Positions 51,120 to 64,000 of a stretch of DNA of 64,000 nucleotides are shown piece by piece (position 1 is the stretch's first letter; every line of letters begins with the position of its first letter). The notes beneath the pieces were generated by a model. The model did not search any database. It saw nothing but the letters and a program-made list of their open reading frames with translations, and was not told the origin of the DNA. Source of the stretch: Amoebidium appalachense (taxonomy: Eukaryota > Protista > Ichthyosporea); contig CAVNZM010000015.1 of assembly GCA_963693365.1 (NCBI GenBank), positions 744,001-808,000 on the forward strand, read 5' to 3'. Made by a program: the position numbers and the translations under genes.

Positions 51120-51184
<65 letters not shown>

Positions 51185-51211
51185 CGCGCGTATGTGTAAA
51201 GAGGTGAGGGT

Positions 51212-51242
<31 letters not shown>

Positions 51243-53307
51243 GGGGGGGTGGGAGTAGGGGGTAATATACCATGTACTTTGCCTTGATCTTTGCGTAGGT
51301 GTCGAGGTTGTCGGCAATGTGCTCGCTCAGTTTGTCGTCAATGGTACTCAGCCACTTGCAGTAGCTGTATAAATTTTAAAGTTGAAACACACGAGCCACT
51401 TGCAGTGCTGCATAAGATTTAAAACTAAAACACACGAATCACTTGCAGTAGCTGCGCAAATTTATAAGTAAGAACCTATGAACTACTTGTAGTAGCTGCA
51501 TAAGATTGAAAGTTAAACCACACGAGTCACTTGCAGTAGCTGCATAAGATTTAAAGTTAAAATACATGAGCTACTTGCAGTATCTGCATAAAATTTAAAG
51601 TTAAAAATACACGAGCCACTTGCAGTAGCTGCATAAATTTAGAAGTAAAATAACCTATGAACCACTGGCACCTTAGCTGCATAAGTTATAACCCTGACCA
51701 CTTCGATCAACCAATGTGTATGGGTGCATCGGCAGCAACATTCCAATGAACCATCTTCTTATTTTCATATCTTCTTTCCCTCCCTCCTTCCCCCCCCCCC
51801 CCCCCCCCCAAGGGGGTTTCAGATCATACATGTTACACACACACACAACACACACAACACGCACGCACACACACACACACACACACACAACCTCCCACCC
51901 ACCCCCCATCACCTCACCCCCCACCCCCCACCCACCGTCCCACCCACCCCTGCTTACCCACCCACCCCCTCACCCACCCACACCCACACATACCAGCACA
52001 GCCCCCCCCCACCACCCCCCACCTCCCCCCCCATCACCACCACCACCAACCCACACCCCCACCCCTACACCCACCCCCACCCCCACCCCCACCCCCCAGC
52101 CCGACCCCCATCCCCCTTCCCCCCCCCCTCCCCCCCCCACCCCCAAACCCCCCCCCCCCCTCCCCACACACACACACACACCGACCCCCCCATCCACCCA
52201 CCCACTCTCCCACCCACACCCACACCCACACATACACTCACACAGCACAATTTGCTCCAAAGGGAAACGGGGAAGGGGAAGCAGGAGAAAGTGCTAGGGC
52301 TGAGGAAGAAGGGAAGAGGGAAGAGTGGACGAGGGGGTAAACAAACCCCCCCCGGGGGGGGGGGGGGGGGGGGGAGGGGAGAAGGGGGGAGGGGGGAGAG
52401 AGGGAGGGGGGGACGGATGGGGAAGGGGGGGGGGGGGGGGGGGGGGTCTTACTCGACAAAGTCTTGGTTTATCGATTCACCACTGTGGCGGTTATTCATA
52501 ATGAGGCCCAGCTCCTGTAATGAGGGGATTTATGCATGTTAATGTCATGTTATCAGCAAGAAAAAAGAAGAGGGAAATAATGAGAAAATCACCCATGTAG
52601 GTGGACACATGCCTACGACAATACATGATGTGTTCCATGAACACTAATGTACGGGAACCCCCACAGATCCGCAAACGATGAAGGAATTTTTTTTTTCTAT
52701 ATGAATTTTATTTCGATCGGGGCATCAGGCAGGGCTACAAATGGATATATAGTACAGTTGCTAAAGAGACAACGAGAAAAAATCTTGCAGTAGCATAAAT
52801 TTTTTGGGCGTCTGGAGTATGCAATGGAGTTGTGGTATACATCTGGCCGACACGTAACCATATTGCTTGATCTGAACGACAATACATGTCCCATCCTTCT
52901 TTGAATGTTGCCATCTTGTCCTTTACAGCATCCAATGCCTCTCTGCCACAAGTGGTTAATAGTAGCGGCATTATTCCACAGTAGCTGCTAAATCCATTCT
53001 TTTGTTAATAATATTCTTCAACAAAAAAAAAAGGGGGGTGGGGAGGGGGGGGAGAGGGGGGGGGGGGGGGGGGGGGGGGGGGGTGATGAGGGGTTGGTTG
53101 GAAAAGGGTAAGGAAGGGAGCAGGAGGGGGAGAGGAGGAGGAAGTGGTGGAGAGGAGGGAGAGGGGTGTTGTGCATACGTAGTTTGCGTCTGTCGGGTTC
53201 TCTCTGATCTGGTTGCTGTTGTAGATCTTCTCCCCAAGATTGCCCTTGTAGCCTAGAGAGCAGAGGACGCATCAAGAAACCACCACGAGAGAGGGGGGGG
53301 GGAAGAA

Positions 53308-53350
<43 letters not shown>

Positions 53351-53437
53351 GGGATAGTCGAGCTTTAAACTATCAGATGACCAACCAAAACCCCCAGAAA
53401 TGTTGTATAGACTTGGCAGACATTATCCCCCCCCCCC

Positions 53438-53471
<34 letters not shown>

Positions 53472-53709
53472 CCGCCTCTCCACCTTCACACACAAAAGCA
53501 AAAGAGCACACGATGGTGCGTTCACACTTGCCCGATTTGTGAAACACATCAACCACCTCCTCTTACAGTGTTGACACATCATAAACACACCACCCGCCCA
53601 CACCAATAACCTCTGTGTATTCTATTCTCTATCCGCTAACCCCCCCCCCCCTCCCCCCTCCCCCCTCCCCCCCCCACCCCCTCCCTTTTTCTTTCTAAAC
53701 GAAATCCCG

Positions 53710-53745
<36 letters not shown>

Positions 53746-54116
53746 CACCTATTGCACCCATGCACGCACCCATCTTTGCGTAGTAGACGACAGCCCAGGG
53801 AGTCACGTGATCAAGGCCGACCGGCAGCAGTTCGTTGCGGTGGCGCATCTCCGGGCACGGGTTGTTGCGGAAGTCCTTGCCCACCTGGGAAATAACGGAA
53901 ATCAGAATCAAAAACACCGGAATAACTCTCATGTCCCTACAATAACTGTGAACTGCATGTACCCTTGAAACCTTTGCGTTTGGGAGGGGGGGGCAGGAGA
54001 GAGGGCAGGAGAGAGGGAGACAGAGAAGGTTAAATTTTCACCAGCAAGGCGGAGGGAAGGGGGGGGGGGGGGGGGGGGGGGAGCAGGCTGTGGAGAGTGG
54101 CGGGGCCGTGGAGGGA

Positions 54117-54160
<44 letters not shown>

Positions 54161-54312
54161 CGGGATGTGGTACGTAGGCCAAAGCAAAAAGACAACCAAC
54201 CAAAAAAAAAAAAACATTGCCATTTGATCTGGAATTATCTTTGATAGGGTGATATTTCTGTAAACCCGATTACGATCTCTGCATCTCTGCGAGTGGCATG
54301 GGAGGGAGAGAA

Positions 54313-54347
<35 letters not shown>

Positions 54348-55295
54348 CGTGTGTGTGTGTGTGGGAGGGGGGGTGGGGGAGGTGGAGAGAGAGGGGGTGG
54401 GGGTAGGGGGGAGCCGGGGGGTTCTATACTGTGAAGGTGATGTCTGCGGGGTCAAAGTTGAGGTAGGCAGCGGGGGTTTTTCGGAAAACCTCCATGCCCT
54501 CCTCCACCAACTCCTGCACAGTCGGCGCAGCATCCTCGTCTGGGGGGAGGGGGGGGAGGGGGGGGGGGGGGGGGGGGGGGGGAAATGGGTTGGAGATGAG
54601 AGAGATTGGAAGAGAAACCGAGAGTTTTAGGGAGCGACGTGGGGGAGGGGGGCCGGAGGGAGGGGGAGGGGGGAGGGAGGGGCGGAAGAGGGGGGAGAAG
54701 GGGCAGAGCACTAAGGAAAAAAATAACTAAAGAGGTTGGTGATAGGAAAGGTATGAACGAGGGAGAGAAGAATATGGGAGTGACGCTTTACAGATGTAAG
54801 GAAGCATCGGGTCACAAAATGCTAGGATAGTACAGGCAGAACCCGAAACAGGTTCAAGGCCCACAGTTGTGTGAGGGGTAGGCCCTTCGGTGTTGGGGGA
54901 TGGGCGGGGGGAGGGAGAGGGGGGGGGGGGGGGGGGGGAGGGGGGGAAAGGGGTAGAGATTCTAATTTTCAAGTTACAGGTGGTGAACAAAGGCTGTTAT
55001 GATGAGGTATACAACGTTTGTTAAGGCACATCGTGGATGTTTGTCCTTGCCTATACCAATGCCTCCGCTGTTTCCGAATATTAATACTGCGCATGTCTCC
55101 TCCCTCCCATACAGGTGGCGAAAGCCAAAAAAAAAAACTCAACCCAAATTGGTGCAAAAATTTGGACCGGCCAGGTTGCAGGGCAGGTAGAAGAATGACG
55201 ACCAAACAGAAAGAAGGAATATGTGTGTGAAGGAGGGCAATGGATGTGTGCATGTGTTTGGGGATGGGGGGGGGGAGAGGGGGAGGTGTGTGTAT

Positions 55296-55326
<31 letters not shown>

Positions 55327-56004
55327 GGGGGGGGAGGGGGTTGGGGGTGCGTGTGTGTGTGTGTGGGTAGATGGGAGAGGGGGAGATTAAATGTGGATGT
55401 TTTTGTTTCCTTTCCTTTTTCTAGTTTTCTTTTTTTCTTATTTCTTTTTTTCTTTTTCTTTTGGGGGGGGGAGGAATGGGGGAGGGGAGGGAGGGGGGGA
55501 AGACGTAGGAACGGTTATGAAAAAACAGCATACCTGAAGAAGTCTCGACAGAAGCGCGCACGGCTGTCGAGTGCAGGGCACGCACAGCAGGGAAGGTGGC
55601 CGCTGTGGTGAAGGACGTGAGAAAATGCCGTTTAGTTCTTCACATCAGCCAATTCACCTTGCAGTTCATCTCGTGTCAATGATGGAAAATTGAAAGACCG
55701 TCGGACGACTCTAGTTTTCCGTAAGTTCCTTTGGTACACTCAAGCAGTATTCATAAGCATGTCGCAGTTGCGTGCGTGAGTGTGAGAATTTTTGTGTGTT
55801 TTTGTGTGAGTGAGAAGGAGTTTGTGTGTGTGTGTGTGTGTGTAGGGGGGGGCGGCGAGGGGGAGGGGGGTGAAGGGGGGAGAGGGAAGCGGGGAGGGGA
55901 GGGGAAGGGGGTGGAGGGGGGGGGGGGGGGGGGGGGGAGGGGGGGAAACCTGGAAGGCAAAACTTACTGAGGCCTGAGAGGCGAGCAGCGCTGCGTGCGA
56001 GCAT
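45872..56004 (-). CDS. Paralogue B: 12-exon gene, close duplicate of A (putative mitochondrial gp2.5/NCLDV-type SSB)
   Basis: Approximate exons 56004-55968, 55602-55534, 54539-54430, 53884-53770, 53251-53178, 52514-52453, 51364-51271, 49792-49705, 49270-49170, 48245-48126, 47491-47379, 45908-45872; [12 protein letters not shown]...FQGGYQFRA*; no disruptions seen. Confidence 0.85.
49797..50600. repeat. 17-bp intronic minisatellite (paralogue B copy, longer and more homogeneous)
   Basis: CACAGTG(A/G)GTACGTGCA tandem array. Confidence 0.9.
51349..51685. repeat. ~42-44-bp tandem repeat containing the exon 7 acceptor (paralogue B, ~8 copies)
   Basis: GAGCCACTTGCAGTAGCTGCATAA...AAGTTAAAA repeated. 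Confidence 0.88.
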
Positions 56005-56529
56005 TTTCCTGAAGTGGCGAATTTTCTCACTACTGGAGAGCTAGCTAGGAAAATGAAAAACGAGAAACAGGGAAGGGAGTTCTAGCTGATAACATTAACG
56101 CGATACATGACGTTTAGCTACATGACGTACCGTTTTTTTTGAGTGGTAGTATTGGGTGAATCTCCCAACACTATAGGTTTGGGCTGTGACATTTCATGGA
56201 ATTAAGCAAGACTTTTACCGGAAACAAAGAATATACATAGATCACAGCTAATTATTAATTCTGTAAAAGTAATCAAATGAAGCACGTATTTGAAAACTAC
56301 AGAGAAATTTGATATAAAACGCGCTATGTATGCATATCTGTTGAGAGAGCTAATCACTAAACACTAAAAACTCAAGCCTTATCCCGGAATCCGCCCCATT
56401 TTGATTCTTGGGAGCCTCATGAGGTCTGACAGTAACCAATCGATTGTATTGAGTTTGGCGGGCTTGATTCCTATTGGTGGGATTCATTGTCAACAAACCG
56501 CCGGAGCAGCAGCTGGTGCAGACCAGCAT

Positions 56530-56765
56530 GCGCATGCACGGTCATCTTGCACCCTCCAGTGGCTGGCACACCAGCACGGTGTTACCCTCCGAGTCATCCG
56601 CCACTACGTAGACGACTGGATTATAGTCGCCACCACCCAAGAGCAGTGCCAACGTCACCTATCCACCTTCCTGCAACTCTGCCGAGAGCTGCACATTGCC
56701 ATCTCCGAAGACAAGATGCAGGGCCCGGCTACCCGTATCGTCTTCATCGGTATCGAATTCGACTG
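56530..56765 (+). pseudogene. DIRS/Ngaro-type RT core fragment
   Basis: LQWLAHQHGV...HYVDDWII...LCRELHIAISEDKMQGPATRIVFIGIEFD. Confidence 0.8.
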
Positions 56766-56769
56766 TACA

Positions 56770-57471
<702 letters not shown>

Positions 57472-57783
57472 AACCCCAACTAATTGATTTTTCTTAGTCT
57501 TTATGGTGTCTCGTAGAGAAAGTAAACCCTGATATATATTCATCACCCGACATCTATGTACGTGATCATGATATACCGCTGAGGGGATATTCCGAGCAAA
57601 AACCCCCCATACCCGAGACTGGTCTCTCTTTGCCTCGAGTAAACAGCGTAAACTCCCACACACACTGTCTGAATGCAAGCTAGTACATACAAGTATACAT
57701 ATGAGTTGTAGGCCGGGCCTGGTGCTCCGTCATATTCTCTCCAAGGTGAATAAACACGGCTCTACTACCGAACTTACCAAATA

Positions 57784-58269
57784 TTACACATCACTCGTCA
57801 CTCTTCCTCCCCTGAAGCGGTAGCTTTGGTGTCTGACTGAACAGAAGCCCTGTTATGGTGTCAGTTAGCTTCTTGGCACACGCCTTAAAGCACCAACATA
57901 TATGCATGCAAAACACATGTACCGTATCATTTTTTTGCTGATATAAGACCATGAGCGAGGTTATTGAATAGGTTACAGAGCCACAACACCTCCGTCCCTC
58001 CGGTTTCCATCCCCCCCCCCCCCCCCCCCCCCCCATCCCCCCCGCCGCCGCCCGCCCTCTTCCGGCCCACCCCATCCGCACAATCCCGTCCCTGCCTGAC
58101 TTGACCCTGAGCACGCTTTCTCCTGTCTCGCCTCTCTCCTTGTTCCTAGTCTAGCCTAGTCATACCACATCACCCAAACTTTCCCAACACACCGTGCCCA
58201 CACATGCATAAGCGAACCAAAGCACCGTGCACACACAGACCAAGCAACCAATCACAACCCGCACACATA

Positions 58270-58344
<75 letters not shown>

Positions 58345-58402
58345 CAAACAACCAAACCAAAACATACTCACACACGTGCACACGTACACGCACCAACCAG
58401 CC

Positions 58403-58493
<91 letters not shown>

Positions 58494-58582
58494 ACACCCA
58501 CACCCACACCCACACCCACACCCACACACGCGCGCGCGTGCACGCCGCTCCCTCTCCCCCCCCCCCCCCCCCCCCCCCCCTG

Positions 58583-58623
<41 letters not shown>

Positions 58624-58959
58624 AAAAAAAAAAAAAAAAAAAAAAAAACCCCCCACACGCGCGCGTCAACAAAACACCACACGCACACACATCCCAAAAC
58701 CCGTCAGTATCATACCCACCACACTCACCCCATATATGGACTAGTTTCAGCCTGTTTGATTGGTCGATCTGCCTGACATAGGATGGTCACCGACGATATG
58801 CTCCTCTTCAGCCCAAACATGTGCTCGTACATGATTGGCTCAACCTGCATGTGCCATAATGGTCAGCCAATCAAAAAATAATATAAAAAAGAAATACTAA
58901 TCAAATAGCAGTTAATCATGCAGCAACAGCTGTGCCGAAGTCCACGGACATTTGTGTCA

Positions 58960-59023
<64 letters not shown>

Positions 59024-60089
59024 CAACAACAACAACAAAAAAAAAAAAAAAAAAGAAAGAAAGAAGAAAAAGGAAAAAAGGAAAAAGAAGAACAGGGGGA
59101 GGAGGAGGAGGGTGAAAAGAGAGAAAAGGGGGGGGGGGGGATGAATGTGCCATTGAGGACGAAGTGGACATTCACAACGGACAATACAATGCAAAGTGCA
59201 AACCACACACCAAGAATATGCATAAAGGGGGGGAGGGGGGGGGGGGGGAGGGGGGGGGGGGGGGGGGATCCAAGAAAAACAAGGCAAATTTTGACACAAA
59301 CAGCACTCACCCGTAGTGTGCATGAGACCACGTCATTCCACCTCACTGGTGCATCCATCTGCGGCAGCTCATTCTGGGCGCTGTCGTAGATGGGGATCTT
59401 GCGCCGCACTAGGCCATGCTGTTGGTAGATCTGCGATGGAAATTTAAGGTTGGCTTAGGTCTTTAGGAAGCCTTTTTGTTAGTTCGGTACCACATTCTGT
59501 ATGTAATTGGGCTGTGAATGTGGGGCGCGATAGGTGTTCAAGGGGGAACTGGGGGGGGGGGGGGGGGGGGGGGAGGGGGTAAAGCGACCGAAAAAAAAGA
59601 TCTAACCACTGGAGGAAAAAATCTTATGTGTTGGCGTGGAAAAGGGTTAGACACACTGGTGCAGTGTGGTTAGTATTTCCTTTTGTTTTTGTTTTGAGTT
59701 GCTGCATGCCAAACTATATCAACTGGCTTCGTCTGGTCACAAACACAACCATATAGACCGGTACTTCAAAATAAAAACAATGCCGCACGGTGTGCCATTA
59801 GAGAATTTATTCTTAAAATAAAACAACACATAAAAAGAAAAAAAAAACAGGAACACGATGTGAATTTTCTACCATGCCATTCCATTTTTTCATTATTACA
59901 CTAAAGTCCTCAATCCTCAAAATAAAAAACCAAAAACATAAAATAAAATTAAAGAAAATAAAGGAACAAGAGGTGTTTTTCCTACATACTTCTTCATCGT
60001 ATTTGCTGTCGAATCGGTTTGGTATCGTTTTTGACTTGTAGAACATTTTTTGGCTGGAGTGGAGAAACTGGGTGCCTTCGATGGGTTCC

Positions 60090-60153
<64 letters not shown>

Positions 60154-60469
60154 CGCGCGCGTGTGCACCCGCAACCGTGTGTAGGTAGAGGGGGTCCGCG
60201 GAGAGGGTTGGGGGGAGAGGAGCAGGGAAGCTTAGAACGTGTCACTGAGTACGAAGTAAACGTTCACGACTCACAACACATAACAGATAATACACACAAC
60301 AAAACAAAACAAAACAAAACAAAACAAAACAAAACAAAATTAAAAAAGGAAAAAAAGGAACGAACAGAAAAGAAAAAAGAAAAAAAAAGAAAAAGAAAAA
60401 TGATGTGCATCACAAGTAAACCTCCCCCCCCCCCCCCCCCAAATCATTTTTTAATTTATTTTTTTACGG

Positions 60470-60504
<35 letters not shown>

Positions 60505-60845
60505 CATCCAGAGTGCACAAGTTTCGACCCATTCGTCTCCCATGTAAAACACAACGCAGGCAGGGACGAAAACGTGTAATGTTCTTTTTTGTTTTTCCCC
60601 ATGATTACCAGAAGAGCCACACAACAACAAACCCTATGTGACCTGTTAACGTATATGACGGCAATCCTCCATGATTCTTTTATAAGGCAATCCCCGCAGA
60701 TTCTAGAAAAGGATTTTGCACCGTAAATAGGCAAAGCCTATCGGTAAAGTGACGTCGATATGACGTCAAATTACGTCATAATGACCTCATGCCGTGGAAC
60801 GCCGCCATTAAATTAACAATTAAGACTAGCCTCGACAATCAATAG

Positions 60846-60886
<41 letters not shown>

Positions 60887-61203
60887 AACACGTTTCATGA
60901 AAATCAACGTACATCTTGACTCGTTTGATGAAAAAAAAAAAACTACGCACGCACGCACACACGCACACACGCAGGCACGCAGGCACGCAGGCACGCAGGC
61001 ACGCACGCACGCACGCACACACACACACGTTCCATGAAACATCCAACACACACAGCACCGTGCACAGTGTATGGTCCTACCTTCACTGGTCACTTTGTGC
61101 CGTTCAACCTTATGCACCAGACTTGAACGAATAATCTCTTTGAGTATCTCCGGTTCATATTTTCCCTGCAACACCCACCATCAATACAGGTAAAAAAAAA
61201 AAA

Positions 61204-61244
<41 letters not shown>

Positions 61245-61799
61245 GGGGGGGGGGGGGGGGGGGGGGGGAGGGGGGGGGGGGGGGGGGGGGGAGGGAAGAG
61301 GGAGGGCGGGGGGAAGGGGATGGATATGCTTTGTCCAGAGCGCAGGAGGGAGGGAAGGGAGGGCTGGAAGGGAAGAGTGGGAAGGGAGGGGGGGGGGGGG
61401 GGTAGAGGGGGAGGGAAGGGGGTGGAGGTGTAAAACGTGGTACATAGTGTTAATTATTTCTTCGCATTATGGGTAACCTGGAATTTGCAAATAACACATC
61501 ATGGGCAGGGAACACAACATCAGTAAAAGCGCCGGGGGGGGGGGGGGGGGGGGGGATGTTGACGGGGAGGGGGGGGGAGGGGAAGAGGGGGGGGGGGGGG
61601 GGGGGGGGGGGGGGAGGGGGGGAGGACGACATACATACCCCGTATCTGGCCCGGATGCGTGGATATGAGATGATGTGTTCGACAATGTGTGTGCAGAGTT
61701 TGGCCTCGAGAACGTGCAGCCACTCAAGGTACCTGTGTGTGTGTGTGTGTGTGTGTGCGTGCGTGCGTGTGCGTGTGTGTGTGCGTGTGTGTGTGTGTT

Positions 61800-61882
<83 letters not shown>

Positions 61883-62333
61883 ATGTATGTGCAAGTGCAT
61901 GTGCGGTTACGTGTGACATGGCATTAGGGTCCATTTTCCCACTACGTCTACTTTATGTTGAAGAATGAAGGCCGAGGCATTTTCATCACAAGTAAGATTG
62001 CCTAATATGGAAGTAATCAGCCCCAATTAGGGCAGAAGCATAATGTTGGCCCAATCGATGTGAATTCTGCGATTCCACCTTACCAGTTGTTTGTGAAAAG
62101 GGCTGGGTTGTTTTCTTAGAGGCTTTTGTGCGAGGGTTTCAAAGGTAGCAGATAAAACCTTTTTCACTGGCAAAAAAAGAACAAAGCCGTAAAGCCTCGT
62201 AAAAACCCTAATCCTAACCTGCATGCTCGTTGGAATATCGGGTCAGAACCTCAGGCACACATTATCTAGATCAACACAAGAGGTTTCACTAAGGATATGT
62301 GTGTGTTTGAGTGTGTGTGGGGGGGGGGGGGGG

Positions 62334-62418
<85 letters not shown>

Positions 62419-62505
62419 AGGGGGGGAGAGGGGGGGGGGGGGGGGGGGGAGGAGGAGAAAGGTCGGAGGGGGAGGGATAAACGGCTTGAGAAGGAAACAA
62501 AGCCC

Positions 62506-62536
<31 letters not shown>

Positions 62537-63481
62537 TACTCTAACATGTCTGCATTAATTTCTTCGTTGATGTGTCGTGGGGACACTGAAAGGGCAATAT
62601 CCTGGGGGTAAGTTACGTGTAAGGTTACGTGATTAGTGAGTAGTGTGTTGTATGTGTATGATCGTTCTATAGATATAGGTGAAATGCGTGTCTGTGCTGA
62701 TTTAGGCTAATAGATATGATCAGAGTACGTTAGATTTAACGCAGATTAGGACAGATTGCGATTAGATTACATTAGATTTGCTGTGGGACCGAAATGGATC
62801 CCCATTACATCACTATAGATTTACCATAGATTAGAATGAGAGCTATGCTAAGTCTTACATAAATTAATGGTTTGTTCAGAGACCGACTTCTTTGATCGGC
62901 ATCTGGTGAAAAAGGTCTTTAATTAAAATCACATTTATCCGGATAAAACCATTCTCTGTTTGTGTGTCGCTAACAAACAAATGGCACCGCTCAATAGAGG
63001 GGGGAAAAAAGGGCATACGGTTGAGTGTGGGGCTAAGTGGTTTCATTCGGTGTTTAGAGTCGAAAAAATACAAGCTAAAAAAGGGTAACTTAGCAAAGAG
63101 GATACATGCCTCCAAATTACATACCTTATTAAACCCACCATAGATGGAGATTCAAGGGAAAGAAGGGGAAAGAAGGGGAAAGAAGGGGAAAGAAGGGCAA
63201 GGAAGGGGAAGGAAGGGGAAAGAAGGGAAAGGAAGGGGAAGGAAGGGGAAAGAAGGGAAAGGAAGGGGAAGCAAGGGGAAGCAAGGGCAAAGGAGGGGAA
63301 GGAAGGGGAACGAAGGAAGGGAAAGGAAGGGGAAAATAGGGGAAGAGATGGGAAGGAAGGGGAAGGAAGGAAGGGGAAGGAATTGGAAGGAAGGGAAAGG
63401 AAACCACCTGCGAGGCCTCTGCCGGTTTCTCTCTCAGCTGGTTTGTGTCGTAGATGATCTCACCCAAGTTGCCCTTGTAGC
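57784..63481 (-). CDS. Paralogue C: diverged third copy, exons 5-12 (5' exons beyond the window end)
   Basis: Approximate exons 63481-63408 ([20 protein letters not shown]), 62601-62540, 61732-61638, 61168-61081, 60090-59990, 59430-59311, 58843-58728, 57832-57784; same intron positions and phases as A and B. Confidence 0.82.
63150..63400. repeat. Purine-rich GGAAGGGGAA low-complexity repeat (intronic)
   Basis: Tandem 10-mer variants. Confidence 0.85.
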
Positions 63482-64000
63482 CTAAAAACATAGCCGACAA
63501 GGTAAGAATCTCGTTTCTACTTTGTCCACAATCACAACCCCCCCCCCCCCCCCCCCCCCGCCGCCCCCCAACCACCACCACCACCACACCACCACACCAC
63601 CACACACACACACACACACCACCACCACAACAACAACCAAAACAAAACCAAAAAACAAAAAACATAAAAACAAAAACAAAAAAAAAAACCAAATCAAAAC
63701 AAAAAAAAAACCAAAAAAAAAAACACAAAAAAAAAACAACACACGAACTCTCTTAAAAAAAAAAAAAAAAAAAGTGCGGGGCGGGGCGGGGCGGGGAGGG
63801 GGGGGGGGGGGGGAGGGGGGGAGGACGAACCTTCCCCGACCCCCCCACCCTCTCCCATATCCGCTTTACCTAATATTCTCCCCTTGCTACATACATCCTT
63901 TCCTTCCCCCTTTCTCACATCCCACCGTTTTCACCACCGTTTCTTTCCGTCCTGTCTCAACTGTTCACTTCAACCACCCCAACTTCTCCGTCATCCCCCC

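Noticed and set aside
60745-60790. Cluster of TGACGTCA-like motifs as a MITE or enhancer
   Set aside because: No paired termini or TSD found; too short to interpret

Overview
Eukaryotic, repeat-dense genomic window whose introns are full of poly-G/C, (CA)n and (GA)n tracts; the organism cannot be determined from the sequence. Bases 1-31200 are a nest of mobile elements: two partial copies of a chromodomain-bearing Ty3/Gypsy element with its 3' LTR and a separate solo LTR; a truncated LINE (ORF1 plus APE endonuclease) starting just downstream of a tRNA-Asp gene; a 13-kb TIR-bounded element carrying a decayed USP-like protease, palindromic 43-44-bp satellite arrays, a split-direct-repeat tyrosine-recombinase (Ngaro/PAT-type) retroelement and a CMC-like element; a young 2.7-kb non-autonomous LTR element; and an older retroelement broken up by these insertions. 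Bases 32300-64000 hold three tandem minus-strand paralogues of a 12-exon gene that the ORF track misses. I assembled it by hand as a ~339-aa protein with a mitochondrial-presequence-like N-terminus and a motif pattern resembling the T7 gp2.5/giant-virus OB-fold single-stranded DNA-binding proteins. That family assignment is by eye and needs an HMM or structure search. Most short ORFs in the track are microsatellite artefacts.
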